A DNA stretch of 64,000 nucleotides from an uncultured Phycisphaerales bacterium (GCA_963758525.1 CAVWVQ010000003.1:2432001-2496000), one strand, 5' to 3'. Shown: positions 8,743 to 20,432, counted from the stretch's first letter. Notes: generated by a model not told the origin, from the sequence alone. A program made the numbers and translations.

Positions 8743-10734
8743 GATTGCTGCTCCTCAAAGGCTCATTATAGGATCGCGCCGCCTCGGCGGCCGTGCCCAG
8801 TCGCGTGAGCGTATCTCCATCGCGGTCGTAGAGGTAGATCACCCGCCAGGGTTGCGTTCGGGCATAATACTGGAAGAGGCGGATGTTCTGGGCGCCCAGG
8901 TCATGCGCTCGAATGATGCGCGCGTCATCGGGCCAAGGGGTGTCGGTGTTATAGACCGGCTCGTGATAGGGCAGGTTCACGCTCCGATTGAACGGGTGAT
9001 ATCTGAAGAGAACCACCGCGGGGTCCGGCGGCAGTGCCGCCAACGCATTCTCGATGCGGACCAGATCCATCCACTGGCTCCAGTTGAATCCATCGGTTTC
9101 GGCGATTGCGCCGATCGACATCGCCACGACGGCAAGCGCAAAGATCGCGGCCAACTTTGGCCACAGCGACCGCAATTGTTCGATCCCCAGCACCGCGAGA
9201 AGGAGTACGCCGGGAACGAGGACAATGAGGTAGTGCGGCTGATACCAGACCGATAACGTATACAATACGCAGAAGAGTCCCGCCGTTCCCGCGAGCGCGC
9301 GTCGGCGTCGATCCGCAAGCCCCAGCAGGCCGACGGGGATGAGGGTTGCCAGCAGCGGATTGGGCAGTGTCACGGCAAGTGTCTCGGGCAATCGGTTTTT
9401 CCACCACATGCTCAACACGCTCTCAGTTTCATGCCGGTAATAGTTCGGCCAGGTCGATGTCACCATCAGCTCAAGATCTTCGGCGAGTTTGGGCGCAGGG
9501 CGCGATGCCAATCGATCTGATGAAACCCGACCATTGGTCCCGGAAAGTTTTCGGCCGCAAACTCTCCCTCGGGAGTTACGGTCCACCTTAGCGTCATCGC
9601 CTTGTTCTGAATCGCCTGCACCGCCAGGAATGGCGCAGCTGACAGAACAAACAGCGCGACCACCGGCAAGAGCGCCAACGCCACTTTCAGGAAATTCCTT
9701 TTCCCCCTCACCTGGTCGTCCGGTGCAGGCCCGCGGCGCGGGGCGTTGGTCGATGACGGTCCGTCGGAGTCGAATCTGACCTTGAATGCACCGTGACCCC
9801 CAGCGCGCCGCTCTCCGGAGGTCCCAGACGACGTGATAAACACACGAGCTTCTTCAGACGATTCGGCGAGCATCGCCCAACACACCGGCACGAGATACGC
9901 GAGGGCGTCGAGTGGTCGAGTGATCAATGCCCAGCCTGCCAGGGCGCCGATCAGCAGCACCCATCGCGTTTCGCGATCCCCACGCCATCGCAGCCACGCC
10001 CAGATCAACAACAGCCCCAGCAGCAGCATTGGGGTTTGCGACAGGAGCATCAGCGCAAGTGATCGAAACGTGGGCAGCGATATCATCATCAGGGCAGCCA
10101 GCGCCTCCGCGACCCCATCGACCAGCTCCGTTACGATGCGATACACCAGCCCGACGCTCGCTCCAGCCGACAGAACCGGAATTGCCCAGAACGGCAGATG
10201 CAGCCAGACGCCCGCAACATCCATCAACGCGGTGCCGGGATAATAGATCGACCCATATGTTGGCGATGTAAAGATCAGGTACGAGGAAAAGAAGTCAGCG
10301 ACTTCCGGCGGGATCGCCGGCATCCAGAGTCGCCCGTGCGCCAGCATTTGAAGCTGGATCATGAAACTGTGCTCGTCTTGATACCGCAGGATAAAGTCCC
10401 AATCCTGCGCGTAGGCAACCAGAAGCAACACTGCCGATGCCGCAACCGCAATCAAGATCGCCGCGCAACACCGGCCACCCGCCGACGGCGTGCGAATCCG
10501 CGCGAGTTGCACCGACACCAATTGCCGGGCCGCGGGAATGCATCCCAGGATGATCGCGACGCCTGTCAACTTCAGCTGCAGCGCAGTTCCCAGGGGCGCA
10601 TGCATCGAGAAGTACCAGATCAGCGCCCCGATCAGCCAGAGCAAGACCGTTCGGACTCCGCCCGCCCCCTGCAGTCGATTACCCAGCGTTTTCATCTTGA
10701 TTACATTAGTACAAGAGCTTTCGCTATCGGACAT
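8732..10734 (-). CDS. GT-C/ArnT-like (GT39-type) membrane glycosyltransferase, paralog 2 (frameshift near 9520)
   Basis: ORFs 9466-10734 and 8732-9586 are collinear with paralog 1; YQDEHSF motif, YYPGTA, ITRPLDA and many TM helices. Confidence 0.7.
8774..8967. repeat. 194-bp near-identical direct repeat (copy at 10766-10959)
   Basis: One mismatch seen on visual alignment; covers the 3' coding ends of the two paralogs. Confidence 0.9.
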
Positions 10735-12534
10735 GTTCGTTGCGTCTCACAACCCCATCATAGTTTCGCGCCGCCTCGGCGGCCGTGCCCAGTCGCGTGA
10801 GCGTATCTCCATCGCGGTCGTAGAGGTAGATCACCCGCCAGGGTTGCGTTCGGGCATAATACTGGAAGAGGCGGATGTTCTGGGCGCCCAGGTCATGCGC
10901 TCGAATGATGCGCGCGTCATCGGGCCACGGGGTGTCGGTGTTATAGACCGGCTCGTGATGCGCCACGTTCACGACCGGATCGTTCGGATGATAGCGAAAG
11001 AGGACGACCGCAGGGTCTGGCGGCAACGTCGCGAGATTGCTTTCGATTCTGACCAGGTCCATCCACTGGCTCCAGTTATCCGGATCGGTTTCGGCAAACG
11101 CCCCGATCGACATCGCCACGACGACCAGCGCGAATATCGGCGAAAGGCCCGGCCAAAGCAGTCTTGCCTGCGCAATTCCCAGCATCGTCATTAGAAGCAC
11201 GCCGGGCACGATGACCATGATATAGTGCGCCTGATACCAGACGGAAAGACTGTACAACAGGCAGAACATTCCCGTCGCTCCCGCAAGCACCCGCCGACGC
11301 CGATCCGTCAGCCCCAGCAGCCCGACAGGGATCAACGTGGCCAGGAGCGGGTTGGGCAGCGTGACTTGCAGCGTTCGCGGCAGGCGCTCTTTCCACCATG
11401 CCGCCGGGAGGTTGCGAATCTGGTGCGCCCGGTACGCCGGCCAGGTTGATGTTTCGAGCAGTTCGCGATCCTCGGGAAGTTTCGGCTTCGGCGCGTGAGA
11501 CCAGTCGATGCGGTGAAAGCCGAGCATTGGCGCCGGAAAGTTCTCCGCCGCAAATTGCGCCTCCGGCGGCCGGATCCAGCTCCCCGTCATTCCCGAATTT
11601 TGAACCGCTTGGAGAAGCAGAAACGGCGCTGCGGCCACGGCGAAGAGAGCGGCTGTCTGCAATCGGGCGAGCGACAGGTTCGGCGCAACTCTGTTTCTCC
11701 TCTCCGCCAGCATGGCCCAACACACCGGCACGATGTATGCCAGCGCGTCGAGCGGACGAGTGATCAGCGCCCAGCCTGCCAACGCTCCCATCGCCAGCAC
11801 CCATGCGGGACAAGGGCTTTTCCGCCAGCGAAGCCACGCCCAGATGAGGAGCAGTCCGAGCAGCAGCATCGGCGTCTGCGAGAGAAGCATCAGCGAGAGC
11901 GACCGATATGTCGGAAGCGATGCCATCATCACGGCGGCCAGCGCGCCGGCTTCCCCGTCCACCAATTCCGTGACGATGCGATAGCAGAGCCCAACGCTCG
12001 CGCCTGCGGTAAGAAGCGGAATTGCCCAAAACGGCAGATGCAGCCAGATGCCCGCGACGTCCATCAACGCGGTGCCGGGGAAATAGATCGAGCCGTAGCG
12101 CGGCGACGCCAACACCGCATAAGAGGAGAAGAAGCCGGCGATTTCAGGGGGAATCGCGGGCATCCAGAGCCGCCCGCGGGCGAGCATCTGAAGCTGCAGC
12201 ATGTAACTGTGTTCGTCCTGGTAGCGCAGGATAAAGTCCCAATCCTGCACATAAGCAAGCACGAGAAACAGCGCCGATGCCGCGATGGAAATGATTATCG
12301 CCGCGCAAATCGCTGGCTCGCCGACGGGTCCCGAATCCGTTCAAGCTGCCTCGAGATCGCTCGTCGCACCGCCGGGACGCACCCCGCGACCACCGCGATG
12401 GCCGCCAACTGCCATTGCAGCGATGTCCCCCATGGGGCGTGAAGACAGAACAGCCAGACCAGCCCCCCGATCAACCACAGACCCAATGCCCGGATGCCAG
12501 CGCCGCTTGCGAGTCGATTACCTGGCGTTTCCAT
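10724..12534 (-). CDS. GT-C/ArnT-like membrane glycosyltransferase, paralog 1 (frameshift near 12300)
   Basis: ORFs 12295-12534 and 10724-12262 joined; YQDEHSY, YFPGTA, ITRPLDA; overlaps folE stop and paralog 2 start. Confidence 0.7.
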
Positions 12535-13144
12535 CTTTGGCGTACATCAGCGCGAGCACCTCCGCCCGACTGGCAGAGTTCTCCTTAAAGATACCACGCA
12601 ATGCGCTGGTGACCATGACGCTGCCCGGCCGCTTCACGCCCCGGATGGTCATGCACGTATGCGATGCCTCGATGACGCACGCCGCGCCAACCGGATTCAG
12701 CTCGTCCATCAGCGCGTCGGCAATTTGCGTGGTCAATCGCTCCTGCACCTGCGGCCGCCGGGCATAATCCTCGACGAGCCGCGCCAGTTTGCTCAGACCG
12801 ACGACGCTTCCTGCCGGGAGATATGCGACGTGGGCCTTGCCGGTGAATGGGAGCAGATGATGTTCGCAAAGCGAATGGAACGAGATATCGCGCAGCAGCA
12901 CGACTTCATCATATCGCTCATGAAAGACGGTTTTGAGATGCCGTCGCGGATCGACTCGCAATCCTGCCATCAGCTCTGCATAGGAGCGTGCCACACGGCC
13001 GGGGGTCTTTGCCAGGCCCTCGCGATCGGGATTTTCACCGACGGCCAGCAAGATCTCGCGAACCGCCTTCTCGATCCGCTCCTGATCGACCTGGCCTGCG
13101 TCCGAATCGTGGCGTTCAGTTTCCGGTTTGCGATTTGCCGCCAT
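12518..13144 (-). CDS. folE: GTP cyclohydrolase I
   Basis: [50 protein letters not shown]. Start may be 13159. Confidence 0.95.
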   Translation of the reverse strand: MAANRKPETERHDSDAGQVDQERIEKAVREILLAVGENPDREGLAKTPGRVARSYAELMAGLRVDPRRHLKTVFHERYDEVVLLRDISFHSLCEHHLLPFTGKAHVAYLPAGSVVGLSKLARLVEDYARRPQVQERLTTQIADALMDELNPVGAACVIEASHTCMTIRGVKRPGSVMVTSALRGIFKENSASRAEVLALMYAKDGNAR

Positions 13145-13244
13145 TGTCTCCACCACCATTCTCTGTTCGGCCCGATTATAGCCCGCTAATTCATCACGAT
13201 TCATTTCCGCGACCTGGAAACGAATGGCGTTGGTCTCGCGCTTT

Positions 13245-13275
13245 GATCCGGGTGATCCGTCCAATCCGTGGTTCT
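13245..13275. repeat. Short degenerate ATCCG(T/G) tandem motif
   Basis: gatccgggtgatccgtccaatccgtggttc in the folE/GDPD divergent intergenic region. Confidence 0.45.
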
Positions 13276-13332
13276 CCATGCGTATTGCGGGTTAGGATGC
13301 TCTTGTTCTGGAGAGAACTGATAGGACAGGCG

Positions 13333-14310
13333 ATGGCATTTCAACCCCACTTGCCGACTTCCCTTCCGCGGATCATCGGGCATCGCGGCGCGAGCGGGGT
13401 GTTGCCGGAACTCACTCTGGAGTCGTTTCAGCTGGCAATGGAATGCGGCGCCGATGCCATCGAGCTCGATCTGGTTGCCACGCGGGATGGCCGGTTGATC
13501 GCCCGCCACGATCTGGAACTTTCGGCGACGACGGATGTCGCGGACGTGTCGTGCTTCGCGTCGCGACGCACGCAGCGGAGCGTGGAGGGCCAGGTCATCA
13601 CGGGCTGGTTCGCCGAGGACTTCACGCTGACGGAGATCAAGTTGCTGCGGGCCCGGCAGCGTTTCTCATTCCGCGACCACTGGCAAGATGGCCGATTCGA
13701 AATTCCGACGCTGGAGGAAGTACTCGATGTCGCGAGCAATGCACAAACCGGTCGAAGCGTGGCGGTCTATCTGGAGTTGAAGCACGCCGCGCACCATGCC
13801 GCGGCTGGGCTGCCGCTTGACGAGCCACTGCTGACCGCTTTGCGGAACAGCGGGATTCGGTGGACCAAATCTTCGTGCTGCATTGAAAGCTTCGAGCCGG
13901 CGATCCTTCGAGCGCTTCGGCCGCGGATCGACACGGCAATCGTCCAGTTAATCGAGTCGGCGGAAATGACGTCCGCGGCACGGCTTGCGGAAATCAAAGC
14001 CTATGCCGACGGGGTTGGAGTCTGGAAGCGACTCATTGTGCCGACCATGGCCGGGAGCGCGGATGAGGCGGACGAGTCAAACCTTTCTCTTGCGGCGGCA
14101 ACGTCGCTTGTGAACGACGTACACGCGGCGGGGCTGTCGATCGAAGCGTGGACGTTCCGCGATGAGCTGCGATTTCTGGCCGCGGAGTATCGCCGCGATC
14201 CGGAGGCCGAGTATCGGCAGTTCTTCGAACTGGGTGTGGACGGAGTGATCACCGATTTCCCGCGGACCGCTCACGCGGCCCGGGCGCGTTTCTTCGGCGG
14301 GTCGCGGTAG
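13333..14310 (+). CDS. Glycerophosphodiester phosphodiesterase
   Basis: IGHRGASG..PE.T, IELDLVATRDG, GVDGVITDFP. Confidence 0.9.
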   Translation: MAFQPHLPTSLPRIIGHRGASGVLPELTLESFQLAMECGADAIELDLVATRDGRLIARHDLELSATTDVADVSCFASRRTQRSVEGQVITGWFAEDFTLTEIKLLRARQRFSFRDHWQDGRFEIPTLEEVLDVASNAQTGRSVAVYLELKHAAHHAAAGLPLDEPLLTALRNSGIRWTKSSCCIESFEPAILRALRPRIDTAIVQLIESAEMTSAARLAEIKAYADGVGVWKRLIVPTMAGSADEADESNLSLAAATSLVNDVHAAGLSIEAWTFRDELRFLAAEYRRDPEAEYRQFFELGVDGVITDFPRTAHAARARFFGGSR

Positions 14311-14322
14311 TTTCAGGACCTG

Positions 14323-14501
14323 TTAGAGCTCGTTGCATTACCCCCCTCTCCCGGTACTCCGGGAGAGGGCTGGGGTTGAGGGTGATTTTGACGACCAATA
14401 GGTGCCCGACGTTCAAAATCACCCTCACCCCCGCCCTCTCCCGGATTACCGGATTACCGGGAGAGGGGGCAAGTCGCTCGAAGTTCTGAAACGGGCTCTA
14501 A
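14323..14501. mobile_element. MITE-like shell with a nested family-D palindromic doublet (14341-14470)
   Basis: Terminal inverted repeats TTAGAGCTCGTTGCA / TGAAACGGGCTCTAA (13/15). Core CCCCTCTCCCGGTACTCCGGGAGAGGG...CCCTCTCCCGG..CCGGGAGAGGGGG. Confidence 0.65.
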
Positions 14502-14589
14502 CCATGTGACGAAGCCTCCGCGAGTTCTGAAACGGGTTCCACGACTAAGCCGCCTCGAAAATTCCGTCGCTCCATCTACAATCCGTCAC

Positions 14590-16120
14590 ATGCCGCATCT
14601 CCTGGGAATCGATATCGGGACCAGTGGAACCAAGACGCTGATTTGCGATGAGGACGGAACGGTGCTTGCCACCGCGATGGCCGAGCATCCGATCTTCTCG
14701 CCCAAGCCCGGCTGGTCGGAGCAGAATCCCGCCGACTGGTGGAGCGCGGCGTGCAAGGCGACGCGCGCCGTGCTGAAGAAGTCGAAATTGAAGCCCGCCG
14801 ACATCGGCGGCATCGGGCTTTCGGGACAAATGCACGGGAGCGTCTTCCTTGGCGAGGGGACCAAGGCGCTGCGTCCCGCGCTGCTCTGGAACGATCAGCG
14901 CACGGCCGAGCAATGCGCCGAAATTGAATCCAAGGCCGGCGGGCGCGAGGCGCTGATCGAGCTGGTGGCAAATCCCGCGCTGACGGGATTCACCGCGCCC
15001 AAAATCCTGTGGGTGCGTCAGCACGAGCCGAAGGTGTACGAGAAAACAAGGCACATCCTTCTGCCCAAGGATTACATCCGTTACCGCATGACCGGGGAAT
15101 ATGCGACGGAAGTGAGCGACGCGAGCGGCACGCTGCTGCTGGATGTGGCGAACCGCGTCTGGTCGGACAAGCTGCTGGAGTTGCTGCAGATCGATAAGGC
15201 GCTGTTGCCCAACGTGCACGAGTCGCAAGTGGTGACCGGCACGATGAGCAGCGAGGCAGCCCGGGAGATGGGGCTTGCCGTCGGCATTCCCGTGGTCGGC
15301 GGCGGAGGAGATCAGGCGGCGGGCGGCGTGGGAAACGGCATTGTCATGCCCGGTATCGTCAGCGCGCAACTGGGCACCAGCGGCGTGGTCTTCGCCCACA
15401 GTGATCAGCCGACGCGCGATCCAGGCGGCCGCGTCCACACGATGTGTCATGCCGTACCGGGCAAATGGTGCGTCTTTGGCTGCATGCTCTCCGCGGGAGG
15501 CAGCTTCCAATGGCTGCGCAACCAACTGGGGACGTCGGAAATAGCTGCCGCGAAAAAACGGGGCGTCGATCCATACGAGCTTCTGGTGGATGAAGCGGCC
15601 AGCGCCGGCCGGTTCGGAAGGACTTTTCTTTTTGCCCTATCTCACCGGCGAGCGCTGCCCTCATCCTGACCCAACGGCCCGTGGCGGTTGGATCGGCATC
15701 ACCGCCCGCACCACCCGCGCCATGCTCATCCGCTCCCTGCTCGAAGGTGTCACCTTCGGCATGCGCGATGCCCTGGAAATCATGCGGCAGATGAACATCC
15801 CCGTCTCCCAGGTGCGCGCCACCGGAGGCGGCGCCCGCAGCGCCTTCTGGCGACAACTGCAAGCAGACATTTACAAATCCCCCATCGTCCTCACCAATGC
15901 CGCCGAGGGCCCCGCCTACGGAGTCGCACTGCTTGCGGGTGTCGGGACCGGCGTGTGGAGCAGCGTCGAGCAAGCGTGCAAGGGATGCATCCGCCAGACG
16001 AGCAAAGTGTCTCCGGCAAAAAAAACCGCAGCGCTGTACGACCGCGGCTTCGCCACGTATGACAAGCTCTACTTTGACTTGAAGCCCCGATTCGCGGAAT
16101 TGGCGGCGCTGGGTTCGTGA
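14590..16120 (+). CDS. xylB: Xylulokinase (frameshift near 15605)
   Basis: [30 protein letters not shown]; continues [20 protein letters not shown] in the second frame. Confidence 0.9.
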
Positions 16121-16130
16121 GCCAGACTCA

Positions 16131-16325
16131 TCATTGAAACCGCTCCGGAGTCACTTCCAATCGCAGTGGTATTTCACGAATTTCCGTTGGCCGGATAAGA
16201 AGGTTATTGCCGGCAGCGGGAAAGAACGCTGGCGCAAGTGCGCGGGCATGCGACTCGTCGTCGGCCCAAAGGGTTCCGATAATCCGCTGGCGATCCAGAT
16301 CGTGTTGTATTACTGAGAAGCTCAT
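16131..16325 (-). CDS. Small hypothetical protein (about 64 aa)
   Basis: MSFSVIQHDLDRQRIIGTLWADDESHARAL...; GAAGGAG RBS upstream. Confidence 0.55.
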   Translation of the reverse strand: MSFSVIQHDLDRQRIIGTLWADDESHARALAPAFFPAAGNNLLIRPTEIREIPLRLEVTPERFQ

Positions 16326-16462
16326 ATACCACTCCTTCACATCCCTTCGGGCCAAAAGCAATCGCACCATTGCGGACCTTGATGAGACACAAAGGGTGTG
16401 CCAAAGCTGGTATTCGCACGCCGCCAATTGAGGCGATTTGCGGGCAACCTGTTTGGAAAGCC

Positions 16463-18164
16463 TTAGTCAAAAAGCGTGGGTTCGGGCTTGAGAGCGGGCT
16501 CGGCGGTGAGCGCGCGGGCGAAGTTGGGCGAACTGTCGTACAGCGCCGCGACGCGGGCGACCTGATCGGCATCGGAGGGACGTTTATCCCAACGAATCCG
16601 CTTAATGCGGGGAAAGCGGAGCGCGTAGCCGCTGGCATGACGGGCGCTGCGCTGGATCTGGTCGAAGGCGATCTCCAGAACAACTTGCGGCATCACTCGG
16701 AACACGCGACCAAAGCGCCCGACGGCGATTTTCTGGAACAACTCCGTGAGCTGCGCAATCTCCGCGTCGGTGACGCCGCTGTAGGCTTTGCCGACGTTCA
16801 CGAGGGCCGCGGCAGGATCAGATGGATCGCGGTCCCAAACCGCAAAAGTGTAGTCGCTGAGCACATCGCGGCGTTTCCCATGGCCGAACTCGGCAGCCGT
16901 GACGACGCAGTCGAGCGTTGGCAGATGGGTCTTCAGCTTCAACCAGGCTTGCCCGCGGCGTCCGGGGGAGTAAATCGAATCAGGGTCCTTCAGCACGATC
17001 CCTTCATTGCGCCGCTCGCGGGCCAGATCGAACGCGATGGTGATCTGCGGTGCATCTTTCGCTTCCGTTACCGTGGTCTTGAGGAGTCGTTCAAAGCCGT
17101 CGAGCAGCGCACGGCGATTGCGCAGCGGCTCGCCGATCAACAGTCTGCCGTCGACATAGAGAAGATCGAACGCCACAAAGACCACCGGGTTGTCCCGCAG
17201 CATGGCATGCGTCAGCGCCTTTCGGCCCAGACGTTTCTGCAGATGAACGAAGGGAAGGACCTGGCCGTCGCGCCAGGGAACAATTTCACCATCGAGCAGA
17301 AAATCACCGGGCAGTTTCGCAATCGCTTCAACGACGTCGGGAAAGCTTTGGTCGACCTGGTCCATCGTGCGCGTATAGATCGCGATGCGCTGGCCGGATC
17401 GATGGATTTGCGCGGATGCCATCGAGCTTGTCTTCCGCCCAGAACGCGCGGCCGGCGAGCGTCTGGGCCGCGGCGGCGGCATCTTCCTGCGGGGTTGCGA
17501 GCATGAACTGAATGGGATGAAAAAGACGGAATGCCGCGGTCTCCAGAGCATCGTTTCGCGCGAGCACGGCCACTTCATCGAGATCGCCGACAAGAAGCTG
17601 GCAGCGCTGAATCTGCAGGAGCGTTTTGCCAAAAGCCAGTGCGACCGCTGCCTGAAGAACGCCCTGCTGCGCGCCGGTGCGCAGATCGCCGAAAATAATC
17701 TTGGCAACATACGCTGCTTCACGGGGATGGGTGCAGTGAGCCAGCAGGCGGGCGAGAAGTTCACGTTTGAATTCCTGGACGCCGGTGGCGGCCAGATCGT
17801 CGAATGCGACTGCGACATCCTGGAGCGTAATCGAGTGGAGCGGCGACGGAGGCGGAACATCGGGCCAGACAGCGGAGATCGCTTCGCCGACTTCTCCATG
17901 CCTGCGAACGAGCTCGTGGAATTGCTGCGGCGCAACCCGCAGCAACTTGATCGCGACTTGCGAAAATGTGGCGAACCCAAGATTCAGCGTGCGTTCGTCC
18001 GTCGAAGCGAACGGGCGACCGGCGGCGAATCGCACCGCCAGGCGCAGGTCGCGTTCGGCCAGCGTTCGGAAATACTCGGCAAGCAGCTTTTGCTTGATAA
18101 GTTTTGAAGCGGTAGCCGCCAGCGCGTCGTTCACATGAGCGAACTGGAGCAGTGTTGCGTCCAT
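16463..18164 (-). CDS. ATP-dependent DNA ligase (frameshift near 17410)
   Basis: Motif I EDKLDGIR, LLDGEI, FVAFDLLY, EGIVLKD, WLKLK, ALRFPRI; N-terminal DNA-binding domain. Confidence 0.9.
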
Positions 18165-18307
18165 TCTGACAGAAGTTCTGTTCCACTCCGATGCAGCTCG
18201 CAAATCGAGCGCGAGAGAAGACCCAACAGATCCAACAGCTTACCCACCTTCTGGAATGATTGGGCGATGCGTGCGGCTTTTCCATGAGGCTGGCTGCCTA
18301 GCGCGGT

Positions 18308-18498
18308 TCATTCCCGTTTCCCGCCGGCCTCGTCATCGGGCAGCGGCGTCTGGCCGTCCTCCTCCTGCACTTCCTCTTGAACAACGCCGTCTTCCACGTC
18401 CGGCGGCATGTGCGAGATCTGCTGCGCTTCGGGCGGCGAGAACTGTGCGCCACTTCTCTCGGTGTCTCCGCCGGTTGGGTCGAAAATTCCGCGAATCA
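18308..18498 (-). CDS. Small acidic hypothetical protein
   Basis: MIRGIFDPTGGDTERSGAQFSPP...; acidic and low-complexity; weak support, start approximate. Confidence 0.4.
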
Positions 18499-18648
18499 TT
18501 TTGGACCTTTCGTCAGGCGTAACGCAGACGCAAATAACGATGCAACCCCCGTACCACAATACGCAGTTGCGAATGCCTCGGGCGCGGGCCTACCATGTGA
18601 CTCGCATCAATTGGAAGCACAACATCATTTTAGCGGAAGGAGCTTGTT

Positions 18649-19077
18649 ATGCCGGTTCGAAGCGCGGACGCAGTGTGGGAAGGCGATCTCAAATCTGGCA
18701 AGGGAAAAGTGAAGGTGGAGAGCGGATCCTTCGAGGGGCAATACTCATTTTCGACCCGTTTTGAGAGCGGCAAGGGGACTAATCCCGAAGAGCTGATCGC
18801 GGCTGCCCACTCCGGCTGCTTCGCGATGGCGCTGTCGGCGGGGCTGGGCAAAGCCGGCTTCACTCCAACGAAGATTTCCACAACCGCGAAGGTCACGCTC
18901 GACAAGGTTGGCGAAGGATTCAAGATCACGCTGATCAAGCTGTATACCGAAGCGTCGGTGCCGAAGATTGACGAGAAGCAGTTTGCCGAGATCGCGACCG
19001 CCACCAAGAGCGGTTGCCCGGTTTCGCAGGCGCTGTCGGCGACGAAGATCGAATCGGAAGCGAAGCTGGTGAAGTAG
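18649..19077 (+). CDS. osmC: OsmC family peroxiredoxin
   Basis: GTNPEELIAAAHSGCFAMAL and CPVSQAL; AAGGAG RBS. Confidence 0.93.
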   Translation: MPVRSADAVWEGDLKSGKGKVKVESGSFEGQYSFSTRFESGKGTNPEELIAAAHSGCFAMALSAGLGKAGFTPTKISTTAKVTLDKVGEGFKITLIKLYTEASVPKIDEKQFAEIATATKSGCPVSQALSATKIESEAKLVK

Positions 19078-19147
19078 GCATTGAGGCACGAAGGCACGAA
19101 GGCGCGAAGGCACCGAGGCACGAAGGCACGAAGGCACGAAGGCACGA
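19077..19147 (+). repeat. Octamer tandem array (GAAGGCAC)n, about 9 units
   Basis: gaggcacgaaggcacgaaggcgcgaaggcaccgaggcacgaaggcacgaaggcacgaaggcacga. Confidence 0.92.
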
Positions 19148-19279
19148 CGGGAATGACGCTGGCGCGGCGGATTTTGTTCCGCTCCGTCTCCTCTTTACTT
19201 TCTACCGTCTGGTGCTCTCGCGCAGGGCAGAGGGCCGCGGCTTTTTGGTTGGGGTGCTTCAATCGATAGCCCTGATAGC

Positions 19280-20422
19280 TTAGGGGGGCGGGAGGACCAT
19301 GCCCGGTGTGGCTCGGGGGTGGTTCGCGAGGCGATGGTAGAGCGCGACGGTGCGTCGCACCTGGAGATCGAAGCTGAGGTTCGTTCGGACGTGGGCGGCG
19401 GCGGCGGCGCCCATGCGCCTCAATCCTTCAGTGTCGGAAAGGAATGAGATCGCGGCGGCGACGAACTCCGCGCGATCAATCGGCGTCGATCGCCCGGTGA
19501 CGTCTTCGATGATCTGCGACATCGTGCCGCCGGTTCTTGTTCGCAGCACGGGAATGCCGGTGCTCATGGCTTCGACCGCCGAGAAGCAAAAGCCTTCGCG
19601 CAGCGACGGGACGAGCAGCGCGTCGGCGGCATGATACACGGGCAACGGATCGCAATAGCCCACCAGCTTCACGCGGTTGCCCAAATGTTCCGCGGCGATC
19701 CGCTCGCGGACGGGGCTGTCGTGCGGGCCGTCTCCAGCCAGGACAAAATGCAGTTGCCGCAGCCTGTCCTTCGCCGCAGATGCAACGTCCAGAATCCAGT
19801 CTTCATTTTTCGGTACATCGAGCCGTCCCACGAACGCGGCTACGACCGCGTTATCGGGGAGCTCGAGTTGTGCACGAGCGGCAGCGCGGGTCGCAGCGTC
19901 GGGAATCGGAAAGCGGGCAGGATCGACGCCGTGCGGAATCAGGGCGATTCGTTCGGCAGGAACCGCGGCGCTTTCGATGAGCCATTGCCACGCTTCTTCG
20001 GAGGGAACGTGGACAAAGTCGCCGAAATCGCTCAGCCATCGGCGCGGCCCCGCCAGCGAAATCCCGGGCTGGTGCAGCGTGTACAAAATCGGCGGGCGCT
20101 GCTTCTGACCGAGCCGGCGCGCGACGAGCGTCGCCCGGCGATAATGGGCGTGGATGATGTCCGCCGGGTGTTCGCGGAGGATGCGGCGGAGCTTTCGAGC
20201 GCTCTGCCACAGCGAGGGGAGATTTCCCTTCAGCGGAAGTTCGATCCACGGCCAGGGAGCGTTGTCAAACAACCTGCGCCATGCGCCATGTTCACCAGCA
20301 ATGCGGAGATCGTGTCCTTGCGCATGCATCGCCGAGCAAAGATCAAACAAGTACCGGCTCACGCCGCCGGCATCCGAGCCGGCGGTGAGATGCAAAATTC
20401 GCAGTGGGGGATCGGTGCTCAT
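19280..20422 (-). CDS. Glycosyltransferase family 4
   Basis: GGVSRYL, IPHGVD, FVGRL, EGFCFSAVEAMSTGIPV. Confidence 0.9.
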   Translation of the reverse strand: MSTDPPLRILHLTAGSDAGGVSRYLFDLCSAMHAQGHDLRIAGEHGAWRRLFDNAPWPWIELPLKGNLPSLWQSARKLRRILREHPADIIHAHYRRATLVARRLGQKQRPPILYTLHQPGISLAGPRRWLSDFGDFVHVPSEEAWQWLIESAAVPAERIALIPHGVDPARFPIPDAATRAAARAQLELPDNAVVAAFVGRLDVPKNEDWILDVASAAKDRLRQLHFVLAGDGPHDSPVRERIAAEHLGNRVKLVGYCDPLPVYHAADALLVPSLREGFCFSAVEAMSTGIPVLRTRTGGTMSQIIEDVTGRSTPIDRAEFVAAAISFLSDTEGLRRMGAAAAAHVRTNLSFDLQVRRTVALYHRLANHPRATPGMVLPPP

Positions 20423-20432
20423 CCGCGACGCT

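Noticed and set aside
12988..13332. N-terminal extensions of GDPD and folE in the ORF track (likewise xylB, nuoE, ynbD-like, kinase)
   Set aside because: They overlap neighbouring genes or repeats; downstream starts fit family N-termini better.
19077..19147. Possible CRISPR array
   Set aside because: Contiguous 8-bp units with no spacers and no cas genes; this is a microsatellite.
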